DNA of 64,000 nt from Octopus vulgaris (taxonomy: Eukaryota), in contig OX597814.1 of NCBI GenBank assembly GCA_951406725.2, positions 114,328,001 to 114,392,000 on the forward strand, in the 5' to 3' direction. This document shows, piece by piece, positions 1-13,091 of the stretch. The position numbers and the translations under genes were made by a program. How positions within the stretch are numbered: the first letter of the stretch is position 1; each line of letters opens with the position of its first letter. Below the pieces are notes generated by a model that did no database searches, was not told where the DNA came from, and saw only the letters and a list, made by a program, of their open reading frames with translations.

Positions 1-110
1 TTTTTTAAACAAAAAAACAAAAACAAAACAAAGTAAGGATCGGCTAGTCACGACTAGCTAGCGCGAATGCGCGAGTGCTTGCACCGGGACCACTCTTCTT
101 AAGTAGTACC
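1..110. mobile_element. Terminus of a Mutator-like MITE (same family as 42811-43068), cut by the window edge
   Basis: ..ctagtcacgactagctagcgcg..gcaccgggaccactcttcttaagtagtacc matches the right TIR of 42811-43068. Confidence 0.8.
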
Positions 111-2162
111 TGCTTGGAGTTGCTTAAAGTGTTTGTGTGGCATACCACTATGTAACACCATCATCATTTAACGTCCGCTTTCCATGCTGGCATGGGTTGG
201 ATGGTTTGACAGGAACTGGCAGGGCCAAGGGGCCACACCAGGTTCCATAATCTGTTATGGCTTCGTCTCTACAGCTGGATGCCCTTCTTAACATCAACCA
301 CTTTACAGTGTATTCTTTATTTAGCACCAGTGTTTTATTGTATTTCTTCTAATATTGGCTTGTTGGGTAGAAAACAAGAGATGAATAAGATTATGTGATG
401 TTCATGCCTTTATAGGTAACCTAATTAATGAAAGTTAACTCCTTAAAAAGAATTAATTCAATGGTACTCCTGATGCTGTCCCTTCAGAAAATGGATAAAA
501 AGCAAAAAAAAATTTTTTTTTTTTTCCAGTGATTTACTTACATTGTGAACTAATAAAGGGTTTACTATATAGATGTTTGACCTGCTTGAAAAGCAGCCAA
601 ATCTCTATCAAATTACATCTTACTTTCATAGATAAACCACCATAAGGGCCAATGCTTGTTGCAAGGTGGTGGCTTTTATATATATCAATGACCCAGAGAT
701 GTATGCGAGTGAAGCGCAAGCTTTTTGTGGGGTCTCCTGTGCTGGACAGATCAAAAGATAGAGGCCAGACTAATATGAACCACATCTTTCCAGAGATGAA
801 AATAGGTTTGTTTATATGCCCAACACCTCTACCGAGAGAAAAAAGCTAAATTACAGCACTGATGGCAATTGAAAACCTGCAAGACCTAGGAAAGGAAGGC
901 TTTCCATCATGGAAACATGACAAGTAGCAATAAGTAGGGACCCAGCTGGAGAGAAGCAGAAAAGAGAGGTTGAAAACGGTGGAGAAATGTTGTCAATGGC
1001 CTATGCTCCATTGGGAGGAAAGGGCTGTAGTAATTCATAAATAAAAACAGGATGATCATGGTTGGAATACCTTTAATCATTGATCTCTTTGTTCATGGTT
1101 GACCTGAGTTTAAAAAAAAAAACTTGTATTTGTTTGTATATAATACTGTTTATTTCATAATATCCAATATCTTGAAGGCGGCAAGCTGGCAGAAATGTTA
1201 GCATGCCGGGCGAAATGCTTAGTGGTATTTTGTCTGTCTTTACATTCGGAGTTCAAATTCCACCAAGGTCGACTTTGCCTTTCATCCTTTCAGAGTTGAT
1301 CTAATTGACTAGCCCCCCTCCCCCAAAATTTTGGGCCTTGTGCCTAGAGTAGAAAAGAATATTCCAATATTTTGAGAATGTATGGTGGCAAGCTTGCAGA
1401 ATCGATGCCATGCTTGTTAAAATGCTTTGTGGCACTTTTGCAAATCAAAGTCACTGACTGGTGCCTGTGACAGTGGAATCCTAAGGACACCATCCAAGCG
1501 TGATCATTGCCAGAGCAGCTGACTGGCTTCTGTGCTGGTGGCACATGAAAAAACATTTGAGTGAGGTCATTGCCAGTGCTGCTGGTGGCATGTAAAAAAC
1601 ACCATTTGAGCATGGTCGTTGCCTATAGCACCTGACTGGCCCTCTTGCCGGTGGCACATAAAAGCACCCACTGCACTCTTGGAGTGGTTGGCATTAGGAA
1701 GGGCATCCAGCTGTAGAAACTCTGCCAGATCAGATTGGAGCCTAGTGCAGCCCTAGTCAAACTGTCCAACCCATGCCAGCATGGAAAGTGGATGTTAAAT
1801 GATGATGATGATTTACATCCTGAGTTCAAATGCCACCAGGGATGACTTTGTGTTTCATCCTTATGGTTTCACTAAAATAAGTACCAGTTGAACAGTGGGG
1901 TCAGTGTAATTACTGGCCATCACCCATTACACTTTTGGAGTTGTTGGTGTTAGGAAGGGTATCCAGCTATAAAAACCATGTCAAATCAGTTGAGTATGGT
2001 GCAGTCCCTCAGCTTACCACTCCTGGTTAAACCATCCAACCTATACCATCCTGGACAATGGATGTTAAATCATGATGATGATTACAATATTTTAGGAATG
2101 TAAATATTTTGAATATTTCATTTTACATTTTACTATTTCCAATCTTTTTTTCGTTTTATTAG

Positions 2163-2256
2163 CGGCTAACAGGGCACCTTTTTATGAAGAACAATGCTCC
2201 CTATGTCATTAACCTCGATCCTGCTGTACTTGACGTATCTTTTCCTGCCAATATTG
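2163..2256 (+). CDS. GPN1: GPN1 exon (94 nt) [31 protein letters not shown]
   Basis: ttag acceptor, gtaagt donor, conserved INLDPA motif. Confidence 0.95.
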
Positions 2257-5200
2257 GTAAGTAAATTCATTGATATTGATTTTTGTTGAGATGAGTTTTT
2301 GTCTTTGGTTATTTCAGGTTCAATTACTTAACCCTTTCCTTACTGTATTTCTATTGAGATGCTCTGTGTGTTTCTTTCATTTACTCTTTTACTGGTTTAC
2401 TTGTTTCAGTCATTTGACTGTGGTCAAGCTGGAGCACCGACTTTAGTCGAGCAAATCGACCCCATGACTTATTCCTTGTAAGCCTAGTACTTATTCTATC
2501 TGTCTCTTTTTGCTGAACTGCTAAGTTATGGGGATGTAAACACACCAGCATCAGTTCTCAAGCGATGTTGGGGGACAAACACAGACACACAAACATATAC
2601 ACACATGTACATATATATATATATATACACACACGACGGGCTTCTTTCAGTTTCCATCTACCAAATCCACTCACAAGGCTTTAGTCGACCCAAGGCTATA
2701 GTAGAAGACACTTGCCCAAGGTGCCATGCAATAGGACTCAACCCAGAACCATGTGGTTGGTAAGCAAGCTACTTACCACACAGTCATTCCTATGCCTATA
2801 TTTACTTCAAATATAACAAAGAATTTAGTAAAGTAACTTAGTTATCATTAAGCTAGTGTTAGGAACATAAATTGTGACTAAGGTTTGGTGGAAGATTTTT
2901 ATTCAAAACTTATGAAAGCAAAACATTTGTACTCAGAGCCAGAGCTGGTTTCAGCCAGGTTGGTAATGGAAGGGTTTAATACTTTTAGCATTCAGATGAC
3001 TATCAAATCTCTTGCTTATTTATTCACATCATTTTGAATTAATCAGGCATTATCAGATAGCCTCAAAATTGCAATGATGTGATCGTTTAGTTTAGAATGT
3101 CATAGCAGGGTGGGTGTGCGAGGCTGGATCTCGTTAGTTTGAACATAAAAAAAGGTAGAATATTTAGTCCAGTTTAAATGCTAAAGAGTTAAACACCTGT
3201 AGTTAGCTTAATTATCCCTTTCCTTATTAATCTTTTATATTAATGTGTTAATGCTAAATTCCTGTGGTGAAAACAATCTGTTGACTCTGTGTGAAGGGGA
3301 TAGTCAAGTGTGTGTGCAACAGAAAATGAGAGACACAAAAGAATGCTATCAACATATGCACATATACACACACACAAATACAATTGACACAAGGAACTGT
3401 GTGTGTGTATGTGTGTAGAAAAAGGGAGTGGTGGGTATATTGTATGTATACCATTAGCATTCATATTTGTGAGAACTAAAACTATTTTTGGATCTTACAT
3501 TTCACACATTTCGCACTGGGAGATCAGTGGCTTTGCTAAGGACACAGTGTGACATTGTGACTGAAGCAAATCTCAACTGCGGATTGGAATGGTCCAGTTC
3601 ACTGTAGATAGTGGCCAGTCACTGCATAATGAACATCGTCGTCGTTTAACATCTGCTTTCCTTGCAGGCAGGGGTTGGACAGTTTGACTGAGGGCAGGTG
3701 ATCCTGAAGGCTGCACCAGGCTCAATCTGATCTGGCAAAGTTTCTACAGCTGGATGCCCTTCCTAACGCCAACCACTCTGATAGTGTAGTGGGTGCCTTT
3801 TACGTGCCACTGGCACGAAGGCCAGTCAGGCGGTTCTGGCAACGATCAAGTTCAAAAGGTGTTTTTCACGTGCTACCTGCATGGGAGCCAGTCTGGTGGA
3901 ACTGGCAATGACCACGCTTGAATGTTGTTTTCAACGTGTCACCGGCACATGTGCCAGTAAAGTGACACTGGCAATGATCACGCTTGAATGGTACTTTTTA
4001 CCTGCCACGCAGAATATTTTATTAGCCAGCAATTATCAGCTTCAGTAGTCTAAGAAGTCATCACTGATAGGGTCACGCCAATGTATCTTGTAGTGAATCA
4101 CCACATGTAGGAAAAGTCGTACTTCTTTAACAATCCAATTTTAACATCCACTTTTCCATGCTTGCATGGGTGGAACAAAGTTTAATGAGGCAGATTTTTC
4201 TGCAGCCAGATGCCCTTCCTGTTGCCTACCCATGCCTGTTTCCAAGCAAAGTAATATTGCCCCATGGCTAGACATGGTTTCACAGAATATTGGAAATGAA
4301 TGACATTTCTTTACAATTATCACATGATGCCAGGACCAGGACACATGGACACACATGCAATCTAATGTGGCAGTCCTAGGTAAGGGAAGAATGATACTGC
4401 TATCTAACCCCAGGAAACGCCGTTTCTAGTTGGCTATGCAACACAAGCATCCTGTGTCCTTAAGTTTTCAAACAGGGGAGATAAGCACCTCTCCCCCCAC
4501 AAAGCCACCACCACCACCACCACTGCTTGACGACTGGTGTTGGTATCTTTATGTTCCTGTAACTTAACAGTTCAGCAAATGGGATTGATAGAATAAGTAC
4601 CTGGTTTTAAAAAAAAAAAACAAGTACTGCAGTTGATTCATTTAACTAAAACATTCTTCAAGACAGTGCCCCAGCATGGCCACAGTCTAATGACTCTAAC
4701 ATGGAAAAGATAAAGCCTTGAGTACTATTTCAATATCTCAATTAACTGTGAAATTTCTTTTTTGATTTATTCTATGTCTGTGCGTCTTTTCAGATATTCG
4801 AGACACTGTGAATTACAAAGAAGTCATGAAACAGTATCCTTCTTGTTGTATTGTGTTTGTTTTGTTCAATTAAGTCTTTCGATACCAACCTGTCTGTTTT
4901 TAAGTGTTCATGTTGAAACTTTCCATCTCTAATTTTATTTAAGAACTCTTCATTAGGTTTACAAACACCATCATCATCATTGCCATCATCATTCTAGCAT
5001 CTTTTTTTTCCATGCTTGCAGGGGTCAGGTGGGATTTGTTGAAGGAGATGTCCTACATCTGTCACCATTCCTTACTTGTTTCCGAGTAAGGTAACATTTC
5101 CCTGTGGCTGGACATGTTTGCTTGGAAAAGTGAAATGAACGGCACTGCTTGTATGATGGTGATGGTCTTTTCACTCTTTCGACAATTATTACTCAATGTC

Positions 5201-8200
5201 AAAACTAGGAGACTTAAAAAAACCTCCTCCTCCATATACATATAGATGTGTGAACACACACACACACACACATGAACTTTAGGTTAGTTAAAATATACTT
5301 GTGACATGATGCTGTTATATACACACATGTAGACAATCACATACATGGAAAGCTTCTCTCAGTTTTCATCTCCCAAATCCATTCAATACTTTGGTTAGTC
5401 TGGGGCTATAGTAGAAGTCACTACCCCAAGGTGACGCTTACTAAGTTCTTTTAAATCTTTTATTATTTTCCTCTGCTTGCGAAGACCTGTTGAGGCAAGT
5501 GAAATCGAAATCAAATTCGATGACTGGCATCCGTGCTAGTGGAGCGTGATTGTTGCCAGAGCAACAAACTGGCTTCTGTGTCGGTGGCATGTAAAAAGCA
5601 CCATTTGAGTGTGATTGTTACCTGCGTCGTCTTACTGGCACTTGTACTGGTGGCACGTGAAAAAACATTTGAGCAATGTCGTTGCCAGTGCCACTGGACT
5701 GGCTCCTGTGCAGGTGGCACATAAAAAGCACCATTTGAGCTTGGCCGTTGCCAGTACTGCCTGACTGGCCCTCGTGCCAGTGGCACATAAAAGCACCCAC
5801 TACACTCTCGGAGTGGTTAGCATGGGAAGGGCATCCAGCTGTAGAAAATCTGCGAGATCAGATTGGAGCCTGGTGCAGCCATCTGGTTTGCCAGACCTCA
5901 GTCAAATCGTCCAACCCATGTTAGCATGGAAAGCGGACGTTAAACGATGATGTTGATATTATGTGAAACCTAGGCAAAGTATTCGTTTAGACAGCAATAT
6001 GGTTACAAAAGGTTTGATGACTGCTCAAAATGGTCTCTTCATTTAAATATTGATTAAACTAACCTACTTATTTGATAATATTGTATATGGATGGACAAGT
6101 AGGCACGAGAAATATAAGATTTTGTTAAAATTTATTTGCAATACATTGGTTAGATGATAGATGCAGAAGTGGCTGTGTGGTACCTTGGGGAAGTGTCTTC
6201 TACTGTAGCCTTCGGCCGACCAAAGCCTTGTGAAAGAAGCCTGCTGTATATATGTATATGTTTGTGTGTCAGTGTTTGTACCACCACCATTGCTTGACAA
6301 CTGATGTTGGTGTGTTTACGTGCCTGTAACTTAGCAATTCGGCAAAAAATCTGATAAAATAAATACTCAATACTAGGCTTACAATGAATAAGTCCTGGGG
6401 TCGATTTATTTGATTAAAGTATGGATGTATGTATGTTTTCAGTAGGGTTACTTTAAAAGGAAGGGAATTCATCGTTTCATTCTGCAAGGAGTTTTTGCAA
6501 TTTAGAAGCTAAAGGTTTGAGAGTTCTCCATCTGAATTCTTATATTTGATCTTGTTAACTTATGACTTTATTCTAAATTTGTAAATATTTAATGATATCA
6601 ATATAGAAGTCGACATAATAAGATCAATTGATAGAAGATTGGAGTACTGCAAAATTCTTTGTGTTTTCAAATCTCATTAGTCATCATCATTGTCGTCGTT
6701 AACGTCTGTTTTCCATGCTGGCATAGTTTGGAAGGTTTGACTGAGGTTTGGAGAGCCAGCGGCTGCACCAGGCTCAAATCTGATCTGGCAACGTTCCTAC
6801 AGCTAGATGCCCTTCCTAACACCAACTACTCTGAGAGTCTAGTGGGTGCTTTTCACGTGCCATCAGCACAGAAACCAGTCAGGTGGGCCTGGCATTGGCC
6901 ACGTTCGGATGGTGCTTTTTATGTTCCACTGGCACGGGTGCCAGTCAGGTGAGCCTGACATCGATCGCGTTTGAATAGTGCTTTTTATGTGCGACCGGCA
7001 CAGGAGCCTGGCATCGATCATGTTCGGATAGTGTTTTTTACATGTCACTGGCACGATGGCCAGTCAGGTGGTACTAGCATCGGCTGTGTTCAGATAGTGC
7101 TTCTTACGTGCCACTGGCACAGGAGCCAGTCAGCTGTCCTGATAAATGATAATTTCCTCTAATTAGTTTGCAGAATTTTGATTATGACATATCATCAATG
7201 TTTATGAAATAAATGACTCCAACTTAGAATCTCATTGGACTTTCTTGACTAGAATCTCATTGGACTTTCAATATTTCACGGTTTATTATGTGATATAGAT
7301 TTATATGGTGATGTGATACTGACTTACATAACTACCTAACGTCATGTAGCAGGAATATACTTCTATATTTAAGAGATTAGGAATTTTGTACATTATTTAC
7401 ATTCGACGGATATTTGTCCTCATCTTGTTTGTTGTTAACACGTTTCGGCTGATATACCCTCCAGCCTTCATCGGGTGTCTTGGGGAAATTTTGAACTTAG
7501 GTTCTCGTTCCTAAGGTATTTTTCGATGTTATTATTATTATTATCATTCAGGTCACTGCCTGGAATTGAACTCAGAATCTTGGGGTTAGTATGCCCACGG
7601 ACTTATGGTGTAGTGGCTAAGAGCGCGGGCTACTAACCCCAAGATTCCGAGTTCGATCCCAGGCAGTGACCTGAATATTAATAATAACAATAATAATAAT
7701 AACATCGAAAAATACCTTAGGAATGAGAACCCAGGTTTGAAATTTCCCCAAGACGCCTGATGAAGGCTGGATGGTATATCAGCCAAAACGTTGCGCTAAC
7801 AACAAACAAAATGAGGACAAATATCCGTCAAATGTAAATAATGTAGCAGGAAGTTCTAAATTTTCTGCTGTGATTTACATTTGGCACTTTGTGGGCTGCA
7901 AGTGATGAAATAAATTGTTTGCCTAGGGAGATGTGGATGCCATAAGCCTTAGCGAAGATAACCCTCTCTGGTGAGTAGTCGTTTCTATTAAGTTTCCTGA
8001 ATGAAGAGGATGTAAACTGTGTAAGTCATAGTGAAGGTAACTCATGAAGAGGAACATCTCTGAATATAAACTGAAAGTGTAGTGAGGACAATTTATTCAT
8101 GGTAGACAACTTCATTAATGCTGGTGGAAAAAAAACAAACAAAAAATTACTCCCTGTTCATGTAATAAAATGGTTGATGGTAGGAAGGACATTCAACCTG

Positions 8201-11200
8201 TAAAACTATGCCAAAATCATGCAAAGATCTGTGATGATGATGTATGTATGGTGTTAGGTGTATGTATGCATGTATACGAGGTGGGTACTAAAAAGTTCTT
8301 AACTTTAAGGGTATCACAAAAGGTCTGGTTGGAGGCCCAATCTTCCGAGTTCTTTTAACAAGGTTTCAAAAAAACTGAAGAGTTGCTGCAGTAAGTGTGA
8401 GTCTGAGAGGGGAATATGTTGGATAAAATCATAATGAACTGATCCTCCTGTATTTTCTTTTACCTAAAGCCAGGGATTTTTCGGCACCCTCTCGCATCTA
8501 TTAATTTCTTAGCTGTTCTTCCTTAACCAAAATCAGATACAATCTTGGACCAAATGGAGGCATTATCACTTCACTGAATCTCTTTGCTACTCGTTTTGAT
8601 CAAGTAAGAATTTTACTCATTTAAATTTTCTTTCATCATCATCATCATCATCGTTTAACATCCGTTTTCCATGTTAGCATGGGTTGAACGGTTCGACTGG
8701 GGTCTGGAGAGCCAGTAAGCTGCACCAGGCTCCAATATGATCTGGCAAGGTTTCTACAGCTGGATGCCCTTCCTAACGCCAACCACTCTTTGAGTGTAGT
8801 GGGTGCTTTTTACATGCCACTGGCACAGGGGCCAGAGGAGGCTGGCAATGACCACGATCGGTTGGTGTTTTTTTATATGCCACAAGCACGTATGCCATTT
8901 GACTTTGAATTTGATCCAAAAAAAAAAAAAATCAAATGGAAATTGTAGTTGTGTTCCCCATGCTGGTGGCACATAAAAAGCACGAACTGATCATGGTCGT
9001 TGCCAGCCTCCTCTGGCTCCTGCACTGGTGGCACACTGTTGGAGTGGTTGGCATTAGGAAGGGCATCCAGCTTTAGAAACAATGAAACAATTTCTGGAGA
9101 TTTATTTGTAATTTATCAATTTTATCAAATTTAATTCCTATTAAAAGCCTTAATAAAGAGCAAGGAATTAGTTCATTATTTACATTTGACAGATATTTGT
9201 CCTCATCTTGTTTGTTGTTAACACAACGTTTCGGCTGATATACCCTCCAGCCTTCATCAGGTGTCTTGGGGAAATTTCAAACCTAGGTTCTCATTCCTGA
9301 GGTATTTTTCGATCTTATGCCCGTGGGCATATGGCATAGTGGTTAAGAGTGCAGATTCCTTAAGTTTCCAGCCATCAAATTCACTTACACATTATATAGT
9401 TTTATATGATATTGTTAAACAACTCTTTTATTTTATTCTTCAGGTAATGAAATTCATTGAGAAACGGTCGAAAGAATGCAAGTATGTATATCTTTTAATA
9501 TTGTTTTGTTATTATTTATCAAATATATAACCTATGTTTTGTTGTGGTTGAGAAGATACTTCAAGCTAAGTAAACTTGTGGTTGTCCTTGCATATAGGCT
9601 TGTCCCCTGCATCCCTCTTCTGCTGAGCGCTCCTAATCTTGCAGGCTGGTGGGTGCTGGTGCCACATTAAGAAGCATCCGTGCCAGTGCCACATAAAGGC
9701 ATCTGTGCTGGTGCTACATAAAAGTGCCCAGTACACTCTGTAAAGTGTTGGCTTAAGGAAGGACATCCAACTATCCAGCTGTAGAAACCATGCCAGACAT
9801 GGAGCCTGGACAGCATGAAAAACAGACATTAAATGATGATGTTTCAATTCAGTTAAAATTGAAGTTTTTGGTTTTACAATGGTTGAAGTTCTGTCAGTTT
9901 TATACAATTACTCCATCCTTTATCTTTTTCCTTTTACTTGATTCAGTCATTAAACCATGGCCATGCTGGAGCACTGCCTTGAAGGGTATAGTTGAATGAA
10001 TCAACCCTCACAACTTATTTTCTAAGTCTGGTACTTATTCTGTTTGTCTCTTTTGCTGAACCACTAAGTTATGGGGGCATAATACAAAGACACACACAAC
10101 AGGTTTCTTTTTTTTTTTCTAGAGGGGCACTCTGTTAGATACGATGACGAGGGTTCCAGCTGATATGGTCAATGGAACAGCTTGCTTGTGAAATTATGCT
10201 AGTGGCTGAGCACTCGACAGACACGTGTACCCTAAATGTAGTTTTCAGGGAGATTCAGTGTGATACAGAGCGTGACAAGGCTGGCCCTTAGAAATACAGG
10301 TACTACTCATTTTTGCCAGTTGAGTTGACTGGAGCAACACGAAATAAAGTGTCTTGCTCAAGGACACAACACGTCGCGAGGAATTGAACTCATGACCTTA
10401 CAATCGTGAGCCAAATGCTCCTAACCACTAAGCCACGTTTCTAGACAGTCTCCATCAACAAAATTTACTCTCAAGGTATTGGTTGGCCTGGAGCTATATT
10501 AGAAGACACCTGCCTATGGTGCCCCATGGTGGGACTGAACCTAAAATCATGTGTTATTTAAGAGTTTATAAGTTCTATCTCATCTTACTACTTAAATATA
10601 TATTGTTATGTGTATGAACAGTATTGAATCATAATGAAAATGTGTGACTTTGATGGCCTTTTATTTTGTAGGTATGTTATTTTGGACACACCTGGTCAAA
10701 TTGAAGTATTCACTTGGTCAGCATCTGGAAGTATTATCACAGAGGCTCTTGTAAGTAAATCCATACAATATCATGTAGTATTTTAAATATTTCATCATCA
10801 TCATTTAACATCTGTTGTCCATGCTGACATGGGTTGGACAGTTTGAACGGGGTGGCACACTGGAAGGCTACACCAGACTCCAGTCTGATTTGGCATGGTT
10901 TTCTATGGATGGATGCCATTTCTAATACCAACCACTCTAAGAGTGTAATGGGTGCTTTTATGTGCCACCGGCGTGGGTGTCATGCAAATGGCACTAGCCC
11001 GTGCTAGTAGGGTGCCAAGAGCACCATCCGAGCATGATCGTTTCCAGAGCGGCTAACTGGCTTCTGTGCCGGTGGCATGTAAAAGGGCACCATTTGAGCG
11101 TGATCGTTACCAGCGTCGCTGGCATGTGTAAAAAGATTTGAGCGAGGTCATTGCCAGTACCACCTGACTGGCCCCCGTGCTGGTGGCACATAAAAAGCAC

Positions 11201-13055
11201 CCACTACACTCTCGGAGTGGTTGGCGTAAGGAAGGGCATCAAGCTATAGAAACTCTGCCAGATCAAGATTGGGTGTTTTTATGTGCCACCGCCACGGGTG
11301 CCAATTTGCATGATACGGGTATTGGCCACAACTGCAATTTTGCTCAACTTGATGGGTCTTCTTCTCAAGCATGACATCATGCCAAAGGTCTCGGTCATTC
11401 CCTCCATGTGGCCCAACACTTGAAAGCAACTCAGCCACTTTATTTTTATATTTGGTTTTCAAGATCCTTGATGTGAATTCACGGTTGAAACAGATTTTGT
11501 TGTATCTCGAGAGAGCTGTTATGCTTACAGATTGTTTGATTAATTATTTGGTCAGTCAGTCAGTCATCTTGGTTTGCCTGAGGGTCTTTTGTTGGCATTT
11601 GTGATCTCATCACTGACTTGCCCTCTTTACTCCATCTCTCTCTCTCCTAAGAGACAGATGAACATAGCTGATTGATTGATTGATTAATTGATTGACTGAA
11701 TGATTGATCAAACAATTGATTATTTAATTGGTTAAACAGTTAACTACTTGACTGATAATGATAACCCTTTCTGCTATCAGCACAAGGCCTGAGATTTTGT
11801 GGGAGGGGGCTAGTCGATTTCATAGACTCCAGTGTTCAACTGGTACTCTTTTATCTCCCCCCGCCTCCAAAAGATAAAAGACAAACTCAACCTCAACCAA
11901 ATTTGAACCCAGATCATAAGATGGATGATGTGCTGCTAAGCATTTTGTCTGGTGTGCTAACAGTTCTAACAGTGTGTGTTTCTTATTGGCATGATGACCC
12001 TCCCAATATACAACAAAATTATTTTAAATCATTATGAATTATTATAGATTTTTGTAAACTTAGATAAAAAAAAATACTTTACATTTTAGGTAAAGATACT
12101 GGACTGCTGATAACATTGTCAAAAGCTCAAACTCTGCCTCAGTTATGCTCTCAAGCTCACAGGCAGAGTACCTTATTCCATTTGCTGTAATGTATGTGGT
12201 TGTCAACATATTGGAAGATGCCATATTTCAGTGGTTAGCTCAAATATGAAGATTTCAGTTGTGAAATAATTTGCTCAATAGTCAAACATCATGTTACAAT
12301 GTTATCATCAGAATTAGTTTAAAAAAAGCAAAAAGGAAAACAGATCGTTACCAGCGTTGCCTTACTGGCACTTGTGCCCATGCTAGTTGCCAGAGTGGCT
12401 AACTGGCTTCTGTGCTGGTGGCATGTAAAAGGGCACCGTTTGAGCGTGATCGTTACCAATGTCACCTTACTGGCACCTGTGCCGGTGGCATGTGTAAAAA
12501 GATTTGAGTGAGGTCATTGCCAGTACCGCCTGACTGGCCACCGTGCCAGTGACATGTAAAAAGCACCCACTACACTCTTGGAGTGGTTGGCGTTAGGAAG
12601 GGCATCCAGCTGTAGAAACTGTGCTAGATCAAGATTGGAGCCTGGTGCAGCCATGTGGTTTGCCAGCCCTCAGTCAAAATCGTCCAACCCATGCTAGCAT
12701 GGAAAGTGGATGTTAAACGATGATGATGGTGATGTTGAACAATACTGTTGTGGAATATTAATTTCCAAAGCTTCTTTTAAGACTTTGAAATAATTTTTTA
12801 AGGGTATTTTTTTTTTGTTCATTTCATTTTGCAAATGTACTATATTTTCTGGTCTACTAGTTTATGTAGTATAATAGAGTTAACATGTTTTGTAAACGTC
12901 CCAACTCTGTCACTATTTTCCCAAATCCTGCTGCGTTTCACATGGAATTTTTGATCCTCCAAAGTTGTCTTGGTGTATAAATAAGCATCCACTGCAACCA
13001 ACAGATATCCAGAAATGCAGTGCAGCTTCTGCAAAGACTGACAAAGAACCAGGAC

Positions 13056-13091
<36 letters not shown>

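Larger units (their letters stand above)
4834..8536 (+). other. U12-type (minor spliceosome) GT-AG intron of GPN1
   Basis: 5' splice site GTATCCTTC; branch site TTCCTTAAC at 8519-8527, 9 nt before the end of the 3' CAG; no pyrimidine tract in between. Confidence 0.92.

Noticed and set aside
1-2162. Search for GPN1 exon 1 (GMAGSGKT P-loop) and promoter
   Set aside because: Not found; this stretch is intronic repeat sequence, so exon 1 must lie upstream of the window.
5570-7135. CRISPR-like spaced repeats (tggcacgtaaaaagcacc.. every ~45-70 bp; also 12300-12570 and 20950-21200)
   Set aside because: The spacers resemble each other, the repeats are degenerate and internal to a dispersed retroposon, the context is a eukaryotic intron, and there are no cas genes.
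7591-7675. Possible tRNA gene (and similar heads at 19978, 26888, 29918, 57084)
   Set aside because: No proper acceptor stem; these are embedded in dispersed TSD-flanked repeats, so they are SINE heads.
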